Source of the DNA: a virus | Lineage: Duplodnaviria; Caudoviricetes | DNA: 64,000 nt | Reading direction: 5' to 3' (one strand) | IMG/VR virus record: IMGVR_UViG_2934543808_000001 | Span: 32,001 to 96,000 of that record | Part shown: piece by piece, positions 9,511 through 19,216 of the stretch | Numbering within the stretch: the first letter of the stretch is position 1 | How the letters are laid out: each line of letters opens with the position of its first letter | Program-made: the position numbers and the translations under genes | Notes under the pieces: model-generated | What the model saw: the letters and a program-made list of their open reading frames with translations, nothing else | What the model was told of the DNA's origin: nothing | Databases searched by the model: none

Positions 9511-10041
9511 TCAGCGGCGGCTCATGACGCCACGGGACGCGCGGGGCACACGGGCCACGGGCGCGGCGGCGGGGCGGGGCGCCGGTTCGGCCGGGGCGGC
9601 GCGCGCGTGCTCCGGCTCCGGCTCCTGCTGCGCGTCCCGCTCCACGGGCGGGGCGTAGCGGGTCATGATGCGGGCGATGGCGGCGGCGGCGTTCGCGTCC
9701 TCGGAGAACAGATCCCGCTCCCAGTACTCGAACGGCAGACCCCGCTTCTTCTCGTACTCGCCGAGGTACCCGAGGTCTCCCCACTCGGCGCCGAGCGGGA
9801 AGCCGGACAGGCACGTCCAGCCGTAGCCGTTCAGCGTCTCCGGGTCGATCTCGGTGACGACGATGTGGCCCCACGGGGAGTGGAAGACGATGCACGGCGC
9901 CTTGTCGGGCGCGGGGCGGGGCGTACGGGGCGCCAGGGCCCGCAGCACGCGCGCGCCCGGGTAGAAGTTGTGGCCGCGCAGCTTGCGCTGCGACTCGAAC
10001 ATCGGCATGTCGGACAGGGGGTGAAAGCGGGGGATGCGCAC
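9511..10041 (-). CDS. DUF2958-like protein
   Basis: FHSPWG..VTEIDPET..G...AEWG-x-LGYL pattern. Confidence 0.5.
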   Translation of the reverse strand: MRIPRFHPLSDMPMFESQRKLRGHNFYPGARVLRALAPRTPRPAPDKAPCIVFHSPWGHIVVTEIDPETLNGYGWTCLSGFPLGAEWGDLGYLGEYEKKRGLPFEYWERDLFSEDANAAAAIARIMTRYAPPVERDAQQEPEPEHARAAPAEPAPRPAAAPVARVPRASRGVMSRR

Positions 10042-10099
10042 GGACGTTCCGTTCTGGGGTCGGCGGCCCGGGGCGGTCGTGCCCCGGGCCGGCTGAGGG

Positions 10100-10483
10100 T
10101 CAGCGGCGGGGCGGGATGGCGGTGAAGCCCCGGTTGGCGGCGGCTTCCTCGGCGGTCGTGCGGTCGCGGTTGCTGGTGCCGATGAGCCGGTGACCCGCGT
10201 CGGTGATCAGGTGCGAGTCCAGTCCCCAAGGGCGGTCGAGCACGACCAGGACGTCACCGTTGTCGTCGGCCCGCGCGAACCCGGGCTCGGAGTTCACGGA
10301 CTCGGCGGTGATGCCGAGCTGTCGGGCCAGGTCGGCGCGGGCGGCGGCCAGGGTGGAGCCCCGGGCGACGAACCGGCCCAGCTCCAGGCGGTAGCCGTCG
10401 CCACGCTTGAGCGGGCGGCGCACGGTGACGCCCGGCAGGGGGACGGAGACGGTTTCGACGGTGGCGGGGGCGTATCCGGTCAC
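10100..10483 (-). CDS. Hypothetical protein
   Basis: GAAAGG RBS. Confidence 0.55.
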   Translation of the reverse strand: MTGYAPATVETVSVPLPGVTVRRPLKRGDGYRLELGRFVARGSTLAAARADLARQLGITAESVNSEPGFARADDNGDVLVVLDRPWGLDSHLITDAGHRLIGTSNRDRTTAEEAAANRGFTAIPPRR

Positions 10484-10567
10484 GGCGGTGGGCGCCTTTC
10501 TGGCGAGAGGGAAGCGGGGTTGGGGCCCGGGGCGCGGGAGGGCGCGCCCCGGGCCGGCTGGGGGCCG

Positions 10568-11311
10568 TCAGGCGGCGGCGGGCACGTCGTGCGAGAGGCC
10601 GAACGTCATCTGCGCCGTGCGCTGGTCCCCATCCCAGTGGACGAACGCCATCGGTGCGCCGCTGTACCAGTGGAGCCACAGCTCCAGCACCACGCCCGCG
10701 GCGCCGTATCCGGACTGGACGGTGTCGCCGACGGCGAAGCCGTACACGCCGCGCTCGCGCTCGATCTCGTCCGGCGCGGCCAGCCGCATCACGGGGTCGG
10801 TGACGACCGGCCAGCGTCCGGCCCACGCGATCGTCAGGGCGTCGTCTTCGACGGCGGTGACGGTGCCGCGCTGGATCACGGCGCGGGGTTCGGTGCCGTG
10901 CCGGTGGTCGGAGTCGTCGGGCAGGTGGATGAAGCTGCGGACCACCCGGTCCCCGGGGCGGTACTCGGCCGTGTGGCGCCCGTACACCCCGGCGGGAACG
11001 TGCTCGCGGGGGATGACCAGCGCGACGCCGTTCGAGGGCCACACGAGGGATTCGCCTTCCAGGGCGGTGTACCCGCCGGTGCTCACCGGGAGCGCGGGGA
11101 AGGCCGCGCAGCTCTGCATGGCCCAGCGCAGCCGCGCGGGGTCGGGCGCGCCGTCGTACGCGCCGAGCACCAGGTCACCGGGGCGCACGTCCAGGTTGGG
11201 GACGATGCGCAGTTGGCTCATGTCGGTGCCGGTGGGCGGCATCTCGTAGACGCCGTTGTCGGGCCGGTCCGCGACGATCAGCGGGTAGAACGTGACGTCG
11301 GTGACGCACAT
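10568..11311 (-). CDS. Hypothetical protein with repeated SH3/KOW-like PGD-x-V units
   Basis: VRPGDLV, YRPGDRV and FAVGDTV; start directly behind leader B. Confidence 0.6.
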   Translation of the reverse strand: MCVTDVTFYPLIVADRPDNGVYEMPPTGTDMSQLRIVPNLDVRPGDLVLGAYDGAPDPARLRWAMQSCAAFPALPVSTGGYTALEGESLVWPSNGVALVIPREHVPAGVYGRHTAEYRPGDRVVRSFIHLPDDSDHRHGTEPRAVIQRGTVTAVEDDALTIAWAGRWPVVTDPVMRLAAPDEIERERGVYGFAVGDTVQSGYGAAGVVLELWLHWYSGAPMAFVHWDGDQRTAQMTFGLSHDVPAAA

Positions 11312-11315
11312 GGGT

Positions 11316-11374
11316 GTCCCCTTCGGGTTGGTTCGGAGCGTTTGTTGGGGCGGCTCGCTCGTGCCGTCCAACAA
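11316..11374 (-). ncRNA. Structured leader B
   Basis: TTGTTGGACGGC-ACGAGCGA-GCCGCCCCAACAA-ACGCTCCG..GAAGGGGAC. Confidence 0.7.
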
Positions 11375-11443
11375 GGAAAACTGTACACCATGTCCGCCGG
11401 TGTTCGGTAGGGACCCCGGGCGAGTCCCTACCGGGACGCAGCG

Positions 11444-11965
11444 TCAGGAGCGGGCGCGGACGGCGGCAACGTCGCCCGGGTGTCCCGCAGCCGGCCCGCA
11501 GATACGGTTGCCCATCGTGCGGCAGTCCCACCCCGACTCGTCCTCGTCCACGACCCCGTCACGGTTGTCGTCGCCGAGCGCGTCAGCCTGACCGTCCACC
11601 CACCCGTCCACCCACGCGACCGTGCCCGGGTCGTCGCCGTCGGCCCGGACGTTCGGGTACGTGGGCGTGCGCCCGTCGCCGAGATCGGCCACGCCCGCCG
11701 TCCACCCGGCGTTGTAGGTGGCCACGATGTCCACGGCCGCGCCCTGAGCCGGCCGTGGGGCGTCCGGGTCCCTGCCCGTGCAGGAGGCGAACGGGCCCGG
11801 GTCGCCGCGCCACTCGACGCCGACGGAGCACCCGGGCGTGCCGACGGTCGCCCCAGCGTTCGCGCCGTTGTAGAAGGTGGTCGCCGACGCGGCCACGAGG
11901 AGCAGGCCGGTCGCGACGGCGGCGGCCACGGCGGCGCGCGCCCGGCGGGTGAGAGAGCGGGTCAT
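11444..11965 (-). CDS. Secreted hypothetical protein with Asp-rich DxNxDG loop
   Basis: Signal peptide; DDNRDGVVDEDESGWDC. Confidence 0.6.
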   Translation of the reverse strand: MTRSLTRRARAAVAAAVATGLLLVAASATTFYNGANAGATVGTPGCSVGVEWRGDPGPFASCTGRDPDAPRPAQGAAVDIVATYNAGWTAGVADLGDGRTPTYPNVRADGDDPGTVAWVDGWVDGQADALGDDNRDGVVDEDESGWDCRTMGNRICGPAAGHPGDVAAVRARS

Positions 11966-12034
11966 GACGGGGTTCTCCGATCGTGGGAAGGGCGGGGCGC
12001 GGCGGGGGTGCCGCGCCCCGGGGAGCAGCAGGGG

Positions 12035-12718
12035 CTACGCGGGGACGGCGGCGGCCGTGCGGCGGGTCAGCATCTCGGCGGCCCGCTCGCGCGCCGTGGG
12101 CAGGTCCGGCGCGGCGGGGGACAGCACCTCGTACGTGTGGGTGCGGCGGCGGTCGCCGTGCCGCGTCCAGCCGTTGACCGTGCTCCAGGCGTGACCGCGC
12201 GGGTTCCGGCAGGGGTGCGACTCCTGCCGACTCGGGTCGGTGGCCCGGGGCGCGCACACCGTGCAGTCCCACCCCAGCGCGTGAGCGTTCCCCCCGCCGT
12301 ACGTGCCGTCCGGGTTGATCACGGCCGCGATGTAGACGCGCCCGATCTCCACGGGGGCGTTCTCCGGGAGCGGCAGGCCCATAGCGCGCGCGGCGTCCAG
12401 CTCGGCGAGCGCCCGGCGGTACTCGGCGTGCGCCGCCTTCTCCCACCCCCACAAGCGCGCGTCCTCCATCACGGCCCGCGCCTCCCGGTACCGGTCCAGC
12501 GCCACGACGGGCGCCGTGACGTAGGCCAGCAGACCGGCGGGGGTGATGCACCAGCGCTCATCCGGGTCCAACACCAAGTCGCGCGGGGTGATGACGCTCC
12601 CGCACGGGCAGTGAAAGCGACCGTCCGCCCCAACGGCGAAGTGGTTCGTGCAGCACTCGGCGCAGACGATGACGGTCACGAGTTCGGGCAGTTCGGGGGC
12701 GCGGTCGATCGCGGGCAT
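12035..12718 (-). CDS. Cys-rich (Zn-binding) hypothetical protein
   Basis: CAECC..CPCG and CTVC motifs; GGAG RBS. Confidence 0.6.
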   Translation of the reverse strand: MPAIDRAPELPELVTVIVCAECCTNHFAVGADGRFHCPCGSVITPRDLVLDPDERWCITPAGLLAYVTAPVVALDRYREARAVMEDARLWGWEKAAHAEYRRALAELDAARAMGLPLPENAPVEIGRVYIAAVINPDGTYGGGNAHALGWDCTVCAPRATDPSRQESHPCRNPRGHAWSTVNGWTRHGDRRRTHTYEVLSPAAPDLPTARERAAEMLTRRTAAAVPA

Positions 12719-12822
12719 GGCTGATCTCCAGTCGGGGCGTAGCGGGGTGAGCGTGGGAGGGCCGGGCGGCCGGTGAGGGGGGAGTGCCGACCGCCCGGCC
12801 GGCTGAGGGGCGCAGCGGTGAG

Positions 12823-13152
12823 CTACGCGGCGGGGGCGTACTCGGCGGTGCGCTTGTAGGTGTTCAGCGCGATCTCCAGCGCCGGGTCACCCGGCTGGTA
12901 CTGGAAGACGTCCCGGAGTCGGCCGTTCACGCGGCGCTTGGTGGTCTGCGGGTCGGTGCCGCCGTGGGCCGTGCGGTACGCCTTCGCGGCGTGCTTGCCG
13001 AACGGGGAGGCGTAGCGCTTCACGAACTCCGGCTCGTAGCCCCGGGAGCGCAGGAAGGGCTTCACGGTGTGCGGCCGGTTCACGCGGCGGCGGTTGCGGA
13101 GTCGGGCGGTGAGTACGCGGCGGTGGGCGCGGCGGGTGGCGGCAGCAGACAC
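12823..13152 (-). CDS. Small basic protein, possibly nucleic-acid binding
   Basis: Arg/Lys rich; first gene of the leftward unit, behind leader C. Confidence 0.6.
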   Translation of the reverse strand: MSAAATRRAHRRVLTARLRNRRRVNRPHTVKPFLRSRGYEPEFVKRYASPFGKHAAKAYRTAHGGTDPQTTKRRVNGRLRDVFQYQPGDPALEIALNTYKRTAEYAPAA

Positions 13153-13156
13153 AGAG

Positions 13157-13209
13157 GTCCCCTTTGATCCGGAGCGTTCGGCGTGACGGTCGCTCGTCCG
13201 TCACTGCCG
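13157..13209 (-). ncRNA. Structured leader C
   Basis: GTGACGG-ACGAGCGA-CCGTCAC..AACGCTCCG..AAAGGGGAC. Confidence 0.7.
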
Positions 13210-13224
13210 TTCGGTGCAAGCACC

Positions 13225-13352
13225 ACTCTACATGACCACAGCTCGCATGTGTACACCCTGTCCGCCAAGAGTTGAGCGAGCCCGTTCCAGCTCACTCCCT
13301 ATAGAGGGGTTGAGAAGTGGGGGGTTGCGCATCGCCGGACATGGTGTACAGT
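13225..13352. promoter_or_regulatory. Divergent promoter region with two operator-like boxes
   Basis: Leftward TAGAGT -10; rightward TTGCGC-16-TACAGT; boxes at 13250-13263 and 13337-13350. Confidence 0.6.
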
Positions 13353-13358
13353 TCCTCT

Positions 13359-13419
13359 TGTTGGTCGGCACGAGCGAGCCGCACCGACACCAACGCTCCG
13401 AACCCAACCCGAAGGGGAC
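13359..13419 (+). ncRNA. Structured leader D
   Basis: TGTTGGTCGGC-ACGAGCGA-GCCGCACCGACA..AACGCTCCG..GAAGGGGAC. Confidence 0.7.
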
Positions 13420-13423
13420 ACCC

Positions 13424-14161
13424 ATGTCCGTCACCCTGGCCAAGCCCAGCGACACCGCGACCGAGAGCGAAGAGGTCGACTACATCGCCCCGGCCCGCGT
13501 GTTCATCGCGGTCGCCCAGCTCCCCGACGGCCGCGTGAGCGGCGTGGACCTCTACGCCAACGCCCCCGCCGCCGACGAAGTCCTTCCCGCCACCGTGTGG
13601 ACCGTCGCGGTCCCCGACGCGGACGACGTGTACGGCTCCGCCGCCGCCAAGGTTCTCGACCTGGCGCTCACCAGCGGCTACCGCGACACCGACGGGCACG
13701 GCTGGGCCGAGGGAGAGCGCACGGCCCGCGCCTTCCACGGCGACCACACCGACGAGCGGGCGTTCCTCCGCACCGTCGAAGCGCTGCTCATCCGCGCGGG
13801 CTACCTCGACGCGCACGCCGGCCTCGTGCACTGCCGGGGGTACGGGCTGCGCGTCGGTGACGACGACGTGGTCATGAAGTGGGCCGAAGGCTGGAAGTGG
13901 GCCGCGCTCGACTCCACCGACATGGACGGCTGGTGCTTGCAGCCCGGAGTACTCGCCCCCGCCGACGCCTCCCCCCAGCGCGTCGCCAACGCCATCATCC
14001 TCAACCTCGCCTGCCTCGGTTACCTCCCCTGGACGGACATGCGACTGCGCGACCGCGCCCGCGTCTACGTCCGCACCTTCGGATGGCGCGCCCGGCTCCA
14101 GCGCATCACCTACCGGGCCACCCGCTTCCGCCGCACCGTCCGGGCCCGCATCACCCGCTGA
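13424..14161 (+). CDS. Hypothetical protein
   Basis: ATG behind leader D; first gene of the rightward unit. Confidence 0.65.
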   Translation: MSVTLAKPSDTATESEEVDYIAPARVFIAVAQLPDGRVSGVDLYANAPAADEVLPATVWTVAVPDADDVYGSAAAKVLDLALTSGYRDTDGHGWAEGERTARAFHGDHTDERAFLRTVEALLIRAGYLDAHAGLVHCRGYGLRVGDDDVVMKWAEGWKWAALDSTDMDGWCLQPGVLAPADASPQRVANAIILNLACLGYLPWTDMRLRDRARVYVRTFGWRARLQRITYRATRFRRTVRARITR

Positions 14162-14377
14162 ACCCCGGCTGGGGCGCACCGCACCCCCCGGTGCGCCCCA
14201 GCCGGCCCCGGGACCCCCGCGCGCGCGTGGGACGGTCTCACGGGTTCCACGAACGCCCCTTTGCGCTGGTCACAGCGTTGCCCCCTCGTCGCACGGTTGA
14301 CCCCGTTCGGGTCTCGTCCGGGGAGTCTCGGGCCCCTTCCTCTCCTTCTCCCGCCCTACCCCTTGCCTGGAGTTCTC

Positions 14378-14863
14378 GTGTTCTTCGCTGACCCCACGCC
14401 GTCCACCATCGGTGAGTTCCGTCTGTGCGACCCCCGTGAGGCGACGTTCGCCGCGTACTCGGTCGACGCGTCCCCGGTCTCGGCTGTCGTCCCCGGTATG
14501 GAGTCCCGCCCCATGTCCGGCGGTCTGCTGCGCGCCCAGTTGGTCAACGCCCGGCAGTGCGGCGGCTCCATCGTCCTGGACGACCTGAGCGGCACCGTGG
14601 CGTTCACCTACGCGTCCGGCACCTTCCACCGCATGGTGCAGGTGGCCACGCCGCTCACCTCGTCCATCCCCCTGTGCGGGACGTGCGACCAGTGGGAGAG
14701 CGAGCACCGCAACCCGAACGCGGCGGCGTGCGACCGGTTCGACGTCGATCCCCGTCCGGGCACGGCCGCGAACCCCCTGTGTCTCCGTGAGGAGTGCGGC
14801 GGCTACCCGCGTACGCACCACGGGCGCCCCTTCACGGTGGCGTGCCACTCCTTCGAGGGCTGA
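14378..14863 (+). CDS. Cys/His-rich hypothetical protein (paralog of 8201-8842)
   Basis: GGAG RBS; CGTCDQWESEH. Confidence 0.6.
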   Translation: MFFADPTPSTIGEFRLCDPREATFAAYSVDASPVSAVVPGMESRPMSGGLLRAQLVNARQCGGSIVLDDLSGTVAFTYASGTFHRMVQVATPLTSSIPLCGTCDQWESEHRNPNAAACDRFDVDPRPGTAANPLCLREECGGYPRTHHGRPFTVACHSFEG

Positions 14864-14968
14864 CGGCCGGTCGTCCGGCGTGTCCGCATCGAGCCGCGGC
14901 GCCTTGGTCGCGGCCCGGTGCGGGGATGCACGAGCGCCCCGCCCGCCTATGACCCTTCGGAGGTCTGC

Positions 14969-15109
14969 ATGTCCAGCACCACCCCTGAGAACCGCGAGCG
15001 CCCCGTGACCCGGCGGGAGTTCCGCGCCGCCGTGCTCACGTTCGCCGCCGCCATGGTCGCGTGCGCCCTCGCGATCTTCTGCCTCCTGGCCCTGGAGATC
15101 ACGGGCTGA
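14969..15109 (+). CDS. 47-aa single-TM peptide
   Basis: GGAGGT RBS; hydrophobic C-terminus. Confidence 0.5.
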   Translation: MSSTTPENRERPVTRREFRAAVLTFAAAMVACALAIFCLLALEITG

Positions 15110-15284
15110 TCCGTCCGCCGGCCGGGGCGCGCACTCCCGCCGCCCCGGCCCGTTCCTCCCGCTTCCGCTGCTCCCCGCTCTCGTCCGCGCCGCCGCCCGT
15201 CTCGGCCGTGTGCAGGACGCGCCGTAAGCGAGTCCGCCGGGCCATCATCCGCGCCCGTGAACCACTGAACCTCTGGAGTTCCCC

Positions 15285-15905
15285 GTGACCGTGACCAGTC
15301 TCCCCGTGTCCGCGCTTCCGTACATCCCGTCCGCGTTCTCCCCGGGCGACCGCCTCGACTTCGCGGGCGACTTCGCCACCCGTGACGACAAGGGCCGCTG
15401 GATATGCGAGCGGCCGGAGTGCGCCCACGGCCTCACGGACTCGGACGTGCGGCGCCTGTACACCGACACGGAGACCCTGACCCGGTTCGGCCTGCCGCTG
15501 CTCGCCCCGGGGGAGGTCTCGGACGACGAGCCGCTTCCCGGCCGTGCGGTCGCCCCGGGAGAAGCGCCGTTCGAGCGGGACCGGCCGTACCTGGTGTGCG
15601 GCAACCTGCTGGGCTACTTCCACCCCATCACCGAGATGGACCCGGGCCCGTGGGGGACCGCCCAGGGTGCGGCGACGTTCAACGGCCCCAAGCGCCCGGG
15701 GGAGCACGAGATGACGCTTACGGCCACGGGCGTGGTGTGGGTCCGTACGCCGTCGCGGTTCGGTGGCCACCTGGTCACGTACGCGTTCATCCCGGCCGAG
15801 CTGCCGTCCGGTGACGACCTGGTGGACCTGATGTCGGTCGCCGTACTCCGCGCCGCCTTCCCCGCCGACGCCTACGCGCCGCGCGTTCCCCGCCACGCGT
15901 TCTGA
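15285..15905 (+). CDS. Hypothetical protein
   Basis: GGAG RBS. Confidence 0.6.
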   Translation: MTVTSLPVSALPYIPSAFSPGDRLDFAGDFATRDDKGRWICERPECAHGLTDSDVRRLYTDTETLTRFGLPLLAPGEVSDDEPLPGRAVAPGEAPFERDRPYLVCGNLLGYFHPITEMDPGPWGTAQGAATFNGPKRPGEHEMTLTATGVVWVRTPSRFGGHLVTYAFIPAELPSGDDLVDLMSVAVLRAAFPADAYAPRVPRHAF

Positions 15906-15993
15906 CCCCGTTCCCCGGCGGGGCGTACTGCCCGCGTGCGCCCCCGCCGGCCCGCTCCCCTTCCTGCCCGCTGACTCCCGGAGGACTCCCGCC

Positions 15994-16791
15994 ATGACCA
16001 CCGCCGTCGCCACCGACTACCGCACGCCCCTGATGACCTTCCGCGCCGCCGTACACCGTGTCCGGCAGTCTCCGGAGCCGTCGACCCTCGCGGAGCTGTC
16101 CCGCGCCGCCCTGGCGCTCCCTGGGGGCCCGCGCGGCACGGTCACGGACGACGAGAAGTACGTGGGCCTGCTCCGGACCCTGGAGTTCGCCGAGGAGTCG
16201 CAGGTCTTCCCCCGCATCGACCACATGGTGACCACCGTGGGAGACCTCGCCCGGATGACGCCGAGCTGGTTCCGCCCGCACGAGCCGGAGGGTACGGCGG
16301 ACGTGGTCCGGCTCCTGGCCATGTGCCACGAGCGGCAGCCCGACATGGAGTCCAGCCCGTTGAGCCCGTGGACCCGCGCGGCCGAGGCGGGGACGCGACT
16401 GCTCGGAATCATGCTGCGGCGGACGGACGCGCGGCCGGCCGAGGCCCTGATGGTGCGCACCGCCGAGGAGTTCGCCGCGCGGATGCGGACCGCCGTCGCT
16501 CACGCTGCGGTCGCCACGGCCACCCACTTCGCGGAGTACGCCGCGCGGGCCTACGGCCTGTTCCCCATCGGAGGCCGCATCGCCCGGATGAACGGCGGCT
16601 ACGTCGAGTGGTCCCGGGTCTTCGGCACGCGCCGGTACACCTTCGAGCTGGTCGAAGGCGGGTGGCTCGAAGGCTTCCCCCACGGGCGCGTGACCGTCCG
16701 CCGGACCGGTTCGTACGAGGTCTTCCGCACGTTCGCGCTGACCGCCCGTACCCGGCGCAAGGACACCGACCGCTTCACCGCCTCCCTGTGA
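15994..16791 (+). CDS. Hypothetical protein (paralog of next gene)
   Basis: GGAGG RBS; shared C-terminal domain. Confidence 0.65.
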   Translation: MTTAVATDYRTPLMTFRAAVHRVRQSPEPSTLAELSRAALALPGGPRGTVTDDEKYVGLLRTLEFAEESQVFPRIDHMVTTVGDLARMTPSWFRPHEPEGTADVVRLLAMCHERQPDMESSPLSPWTRAAEAGTRLLGIMLRRTDARPAEALMVRTAEEFAARMRTAVAHAAVATATHFAEYAARAYGLFPIGGRIARMNGGYVEWSRVFGTRRYTFELVEGGWLEGFPHGRVTVRRTGSYEVFRTFALTARTRRKDTDRFTASL

Positions 16792-16877
16792 TCCGCCCGG
16801 CGGGGGCGTGCGCTCCGTGCGCCCCCGCCGGCCCCCACACCCCCTCTCCCATCCCTGAGCCCATGGAGGACTCGACC

Positions 16878-17693
16878 ATGAACACCGACGTCACCACCGC
16901 CGTACAGGGGTCCGTCACCGCCGCCATGCGGGAGCTGCTGACCGCCGGGCAAGAAGCCGTGCGCGCCGCCGAGCACCGCGGCTCCCCGGAAACCGTCGCC
17001 GGGCTGGACAAGGCGCTGTGCGCGCTGCCGCTCCTCGACATGGACGACCAGGCCCACCGCATCCTGAACCACGCGCTGACGGTCGTGACGCGGGCCGAAG
17101 ACGCCGACGAGTGGACGCTTCTGGCCGACGTGGAGCACGCCGTGTCCCGCCTGATGCACGAGCCGGACGGGGCGACGCTCGAACACCCGGCAGTGCTCGC
17201 CGTGGGCAATCTCGCGATGCGGTGCAGCACCCGTGAGAGAGAGACGGGCATGGCCGTGGGGCGGGCGTGGAGCCGGGGCTACATGGCTGGCATGGAGGCC
17301 CTGCGCATGGTGACGGGCGCCATCTATGGCGAGCGGGACGGCCGCGCCCTGGACAAGGCCGTGACCGAGTTCCTGACCGCCGTACGGCGCGCGATCCCGT
17401 ACGCGGCCCTGTACGAGACGCGCCGTGCCCTGGTGGAGTTCGCCCGCTCGTACGGACTGTTCGTCATCGGGATGCGGCAGACGCTGCCGCCCGGCCGGTG
17501 GGAGTACGCCCGCCGCATCGGCACCGCCGTCTTCCTGTTCGAGATCGTCCCCCCGCTTGTGGAAGGCCACCCGTACGGCTCGGTCGCTGTCCGGCGCACC
17601 GCCGCCGACGGCACGGCGGGCCCCGTCCGGTACTTCCCGTTCCGCTCCATCGAGGCGCACCACGCCGCGAACGAAGCCCTGTACGTCATCTGA
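16878..17693 (+). CDS. Hypothetical protein (paralog of previous gene)
   Basis: GGAGG RBS; shared C-terminal domain. Confidence 0.65.
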   Translation: MNTDVTTAVQGSVTAAMRELLTAGQEAVRAAEHRGSPETVAGLDKALCALPLLDMDDQAHRILNHALTVVTRAEDADEWTLLADVEHAVSRLMHEPDGATLEHPAVLAVGNLAMRCSTRERETGMAVGRAWSRGYMAGMEALRMVTGAIYGERDGRALDKAVTEFLTAVRRAIPYAALYETRRALVEFARSYGLFVIGMRQTLPPGRWEYARRIGTAVFLFEIVPPLVEGHPYGSVAVRRTAADGTAGPVRYFPFRSIEAHHAANEALYVI

Positions 17694-17752
17694 CCGCCCG
17701 CCGGCCGGGGCGTTCCATGCCCACGCCCCGGCCCTGCCCGGAGGGAACTCCC

Positions 17753-18166
17753 GTGCTCTACCTGCCCAAGAAGATTCACGTCTGGTTCGTGCCGCGCGCG
17801 GACCGTGCCCTTCACCAACTGCTCATCGACGCCGACCAGCTCGACGGCACCACCCTGGTGAACGTCCCGCGCGGCCGTGACGGGACTGCGGAGCTGCCGC
17901 GCATCGACGTCCTGGAGCCCGTGCTCCTCGGCTCCAGCTCGGGCCAGTTGCGCCGCCCCAAGGAGTGGGCCGCGAGCACCATCCGCTTCCGCATGGCGAG
18001 CACGAGCGGCGGCGCGCTCCCGGCGCACAGGCTGCGCGAGACGACGCGCGTGCACGAGGTTCCGGCCGCCGAACTCGGCGACATGGCCGAGGTGCTGCGC
18101 CGCGCGGGCAATGAGCAGCGGGTCGTGACCGTGCCCGTGCCGCCGTGGGTCGCCTACGTCCGCTGA
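17753..18166 (+). CDS. Hypothetical protein
   Basis: GGAGGG RBS, GTG start. Confidence 0.55.
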   Translation: MLYLPKKIHVWFVPRADRALHQLLIDADQLDGTTLVNVPRGRDGTAELPRIDVLEPVLLGSSSGQLRRPKEWAASTIRFRMASTSGGALPAHRLRETTRVHEVPAAELGDMAEVLRRAGNEQRVVTVPVPPWVAYVR

Positions 18167-18296
18167 GCCCCGCCGCCCCGGGGCGCTCGTTCCCCGGGGC
18201 TGGCCCGGCGCTTCCTTCCCTCGGCCGTGCCCGTCACGGCCGTGCGCAGGGCGCACCGTGCCCCCGCCGTATCCGTACTCACTGCTTGGAGACCCC

Positions 18297-18920
18297 GTGT
18301 CCACCATGACCTTGACCGCCCTGGCCGTGCAGCCGGCCGTGTTCCCCCCGCCGTCCGTCCCGGTGGTCTTCACCGACGGCGACCGCTACGAGTGGCCGAC
18401 CGGAGACATCTGGACCCGTACCCGGGGGTGGTGGGTGCCGTCCTCCGCAGGCGACCCGCGCGACGACGGCACCGGGTACTGGACGGACGCGGAGGTGCGC
18501 GCGAGCCTCGGCCGCGCCATCGAGGCGTGGGACGTGCGGAAGATGTTCGTGCCCGCCCGCCCCGCTGATCTGCCGCCCGGCCCGTTCCCGGTGATGCCCA
18601 CCAGCCGGCCCACGTCTCAGTACGTCCTCGACCACCAGGCCGACCGGCTCGTTCCCCTGCGGGACCTCGTCGCCGCGTTCGACGAGGACACCGCGTACGA
18701 CATCCCGGCCGTCCTCACCGCGCAGGAGACGGAGCGGGTGGTGGCGGAGATCATCGCCGATCACGAAGACGTGCGGATGAGCCGTGACGAAGCCGCGGGC
18801 CGCATCTACATCCGCTACCGGCGGCCCAGCGAGTTCGGCATCCTGACGGCCGCCGGTTTCCCCGACCACTACGACGTCGAGTGCCTGCACGTCTTCGTAC
18901 TCACGAACCAGGCGGCGTAG
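18297..18920 (+). CDS. Hypothetical protein
   Basis: GGAG RBS. Confidence 0.6.
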   Translation: MSTMTLTALAVQPAVFPPPSVPVVFTDGDRYEWPTGDIWTRTRGWWVPSSAGDPRDDGTGYWTDAEVRASLGRAIEAWDVRKMFVPARPADLPPGPFPVMPTSRPTSQYVLDHQADRLVPLRDLVAAFDEDTAYDIPAVLTAQETERVVAEIIADHEDVRMSRDEAAGRIYIRYRRPSEFGILTAAGFPDHYDVECLHVFVLTNQAA

Positions 18921-18922
18921 CC

Positions 18923-19216
18923 GTGTCGAACGTGAAGGAGCGCGGCCGGCTCGGGGACATCCTCATGCGGGAGTTCGGCGAGTACGTCCAGGCGCTCATC
19001 GAGGCCGGGCACGACTGGGAAGCCGTCTGGGCCACGGCCGTGTGGCCGCCGGACAGCCAACTGCGCTGGCTGCAAGGCCGGTTCCTACTCGCGCGGGAGT
19101 GCGCGGGCATGGCCAACCACCGCTTCACCGACGACGAGATCACCCAGTTCGGCCGTGAGCGCCTGGCCTACCTCGCGCTCTACCCGGACGGGCCGCCGAG
19201 CCTGATTCATGGGTGA
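18923..19216 (+). CDS. Hypothetical protein
   Basis: Coupled to neighbours. Confidence 0.5.
   Translation: MSNVKERGRLGDILMREFGEYVQALIEAGHDWEAVWATAVWPPDSQLRWLQGRFLLARECAGMANHRFTDDEITQFGRERLAYLALYPDGPPSLIHG

Larger units (their letters stand above)
5432..12810 (-). repeat. Dispersed intergenic hairpin repeat CCCCTCAGCCGGCCCGGGGCG (6 copies in span)
   Basis: Copies at ~5432, 8882, 9489, 10081, 10543 and 12792, each shortly after a stop codon. Confidence 0.7.
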
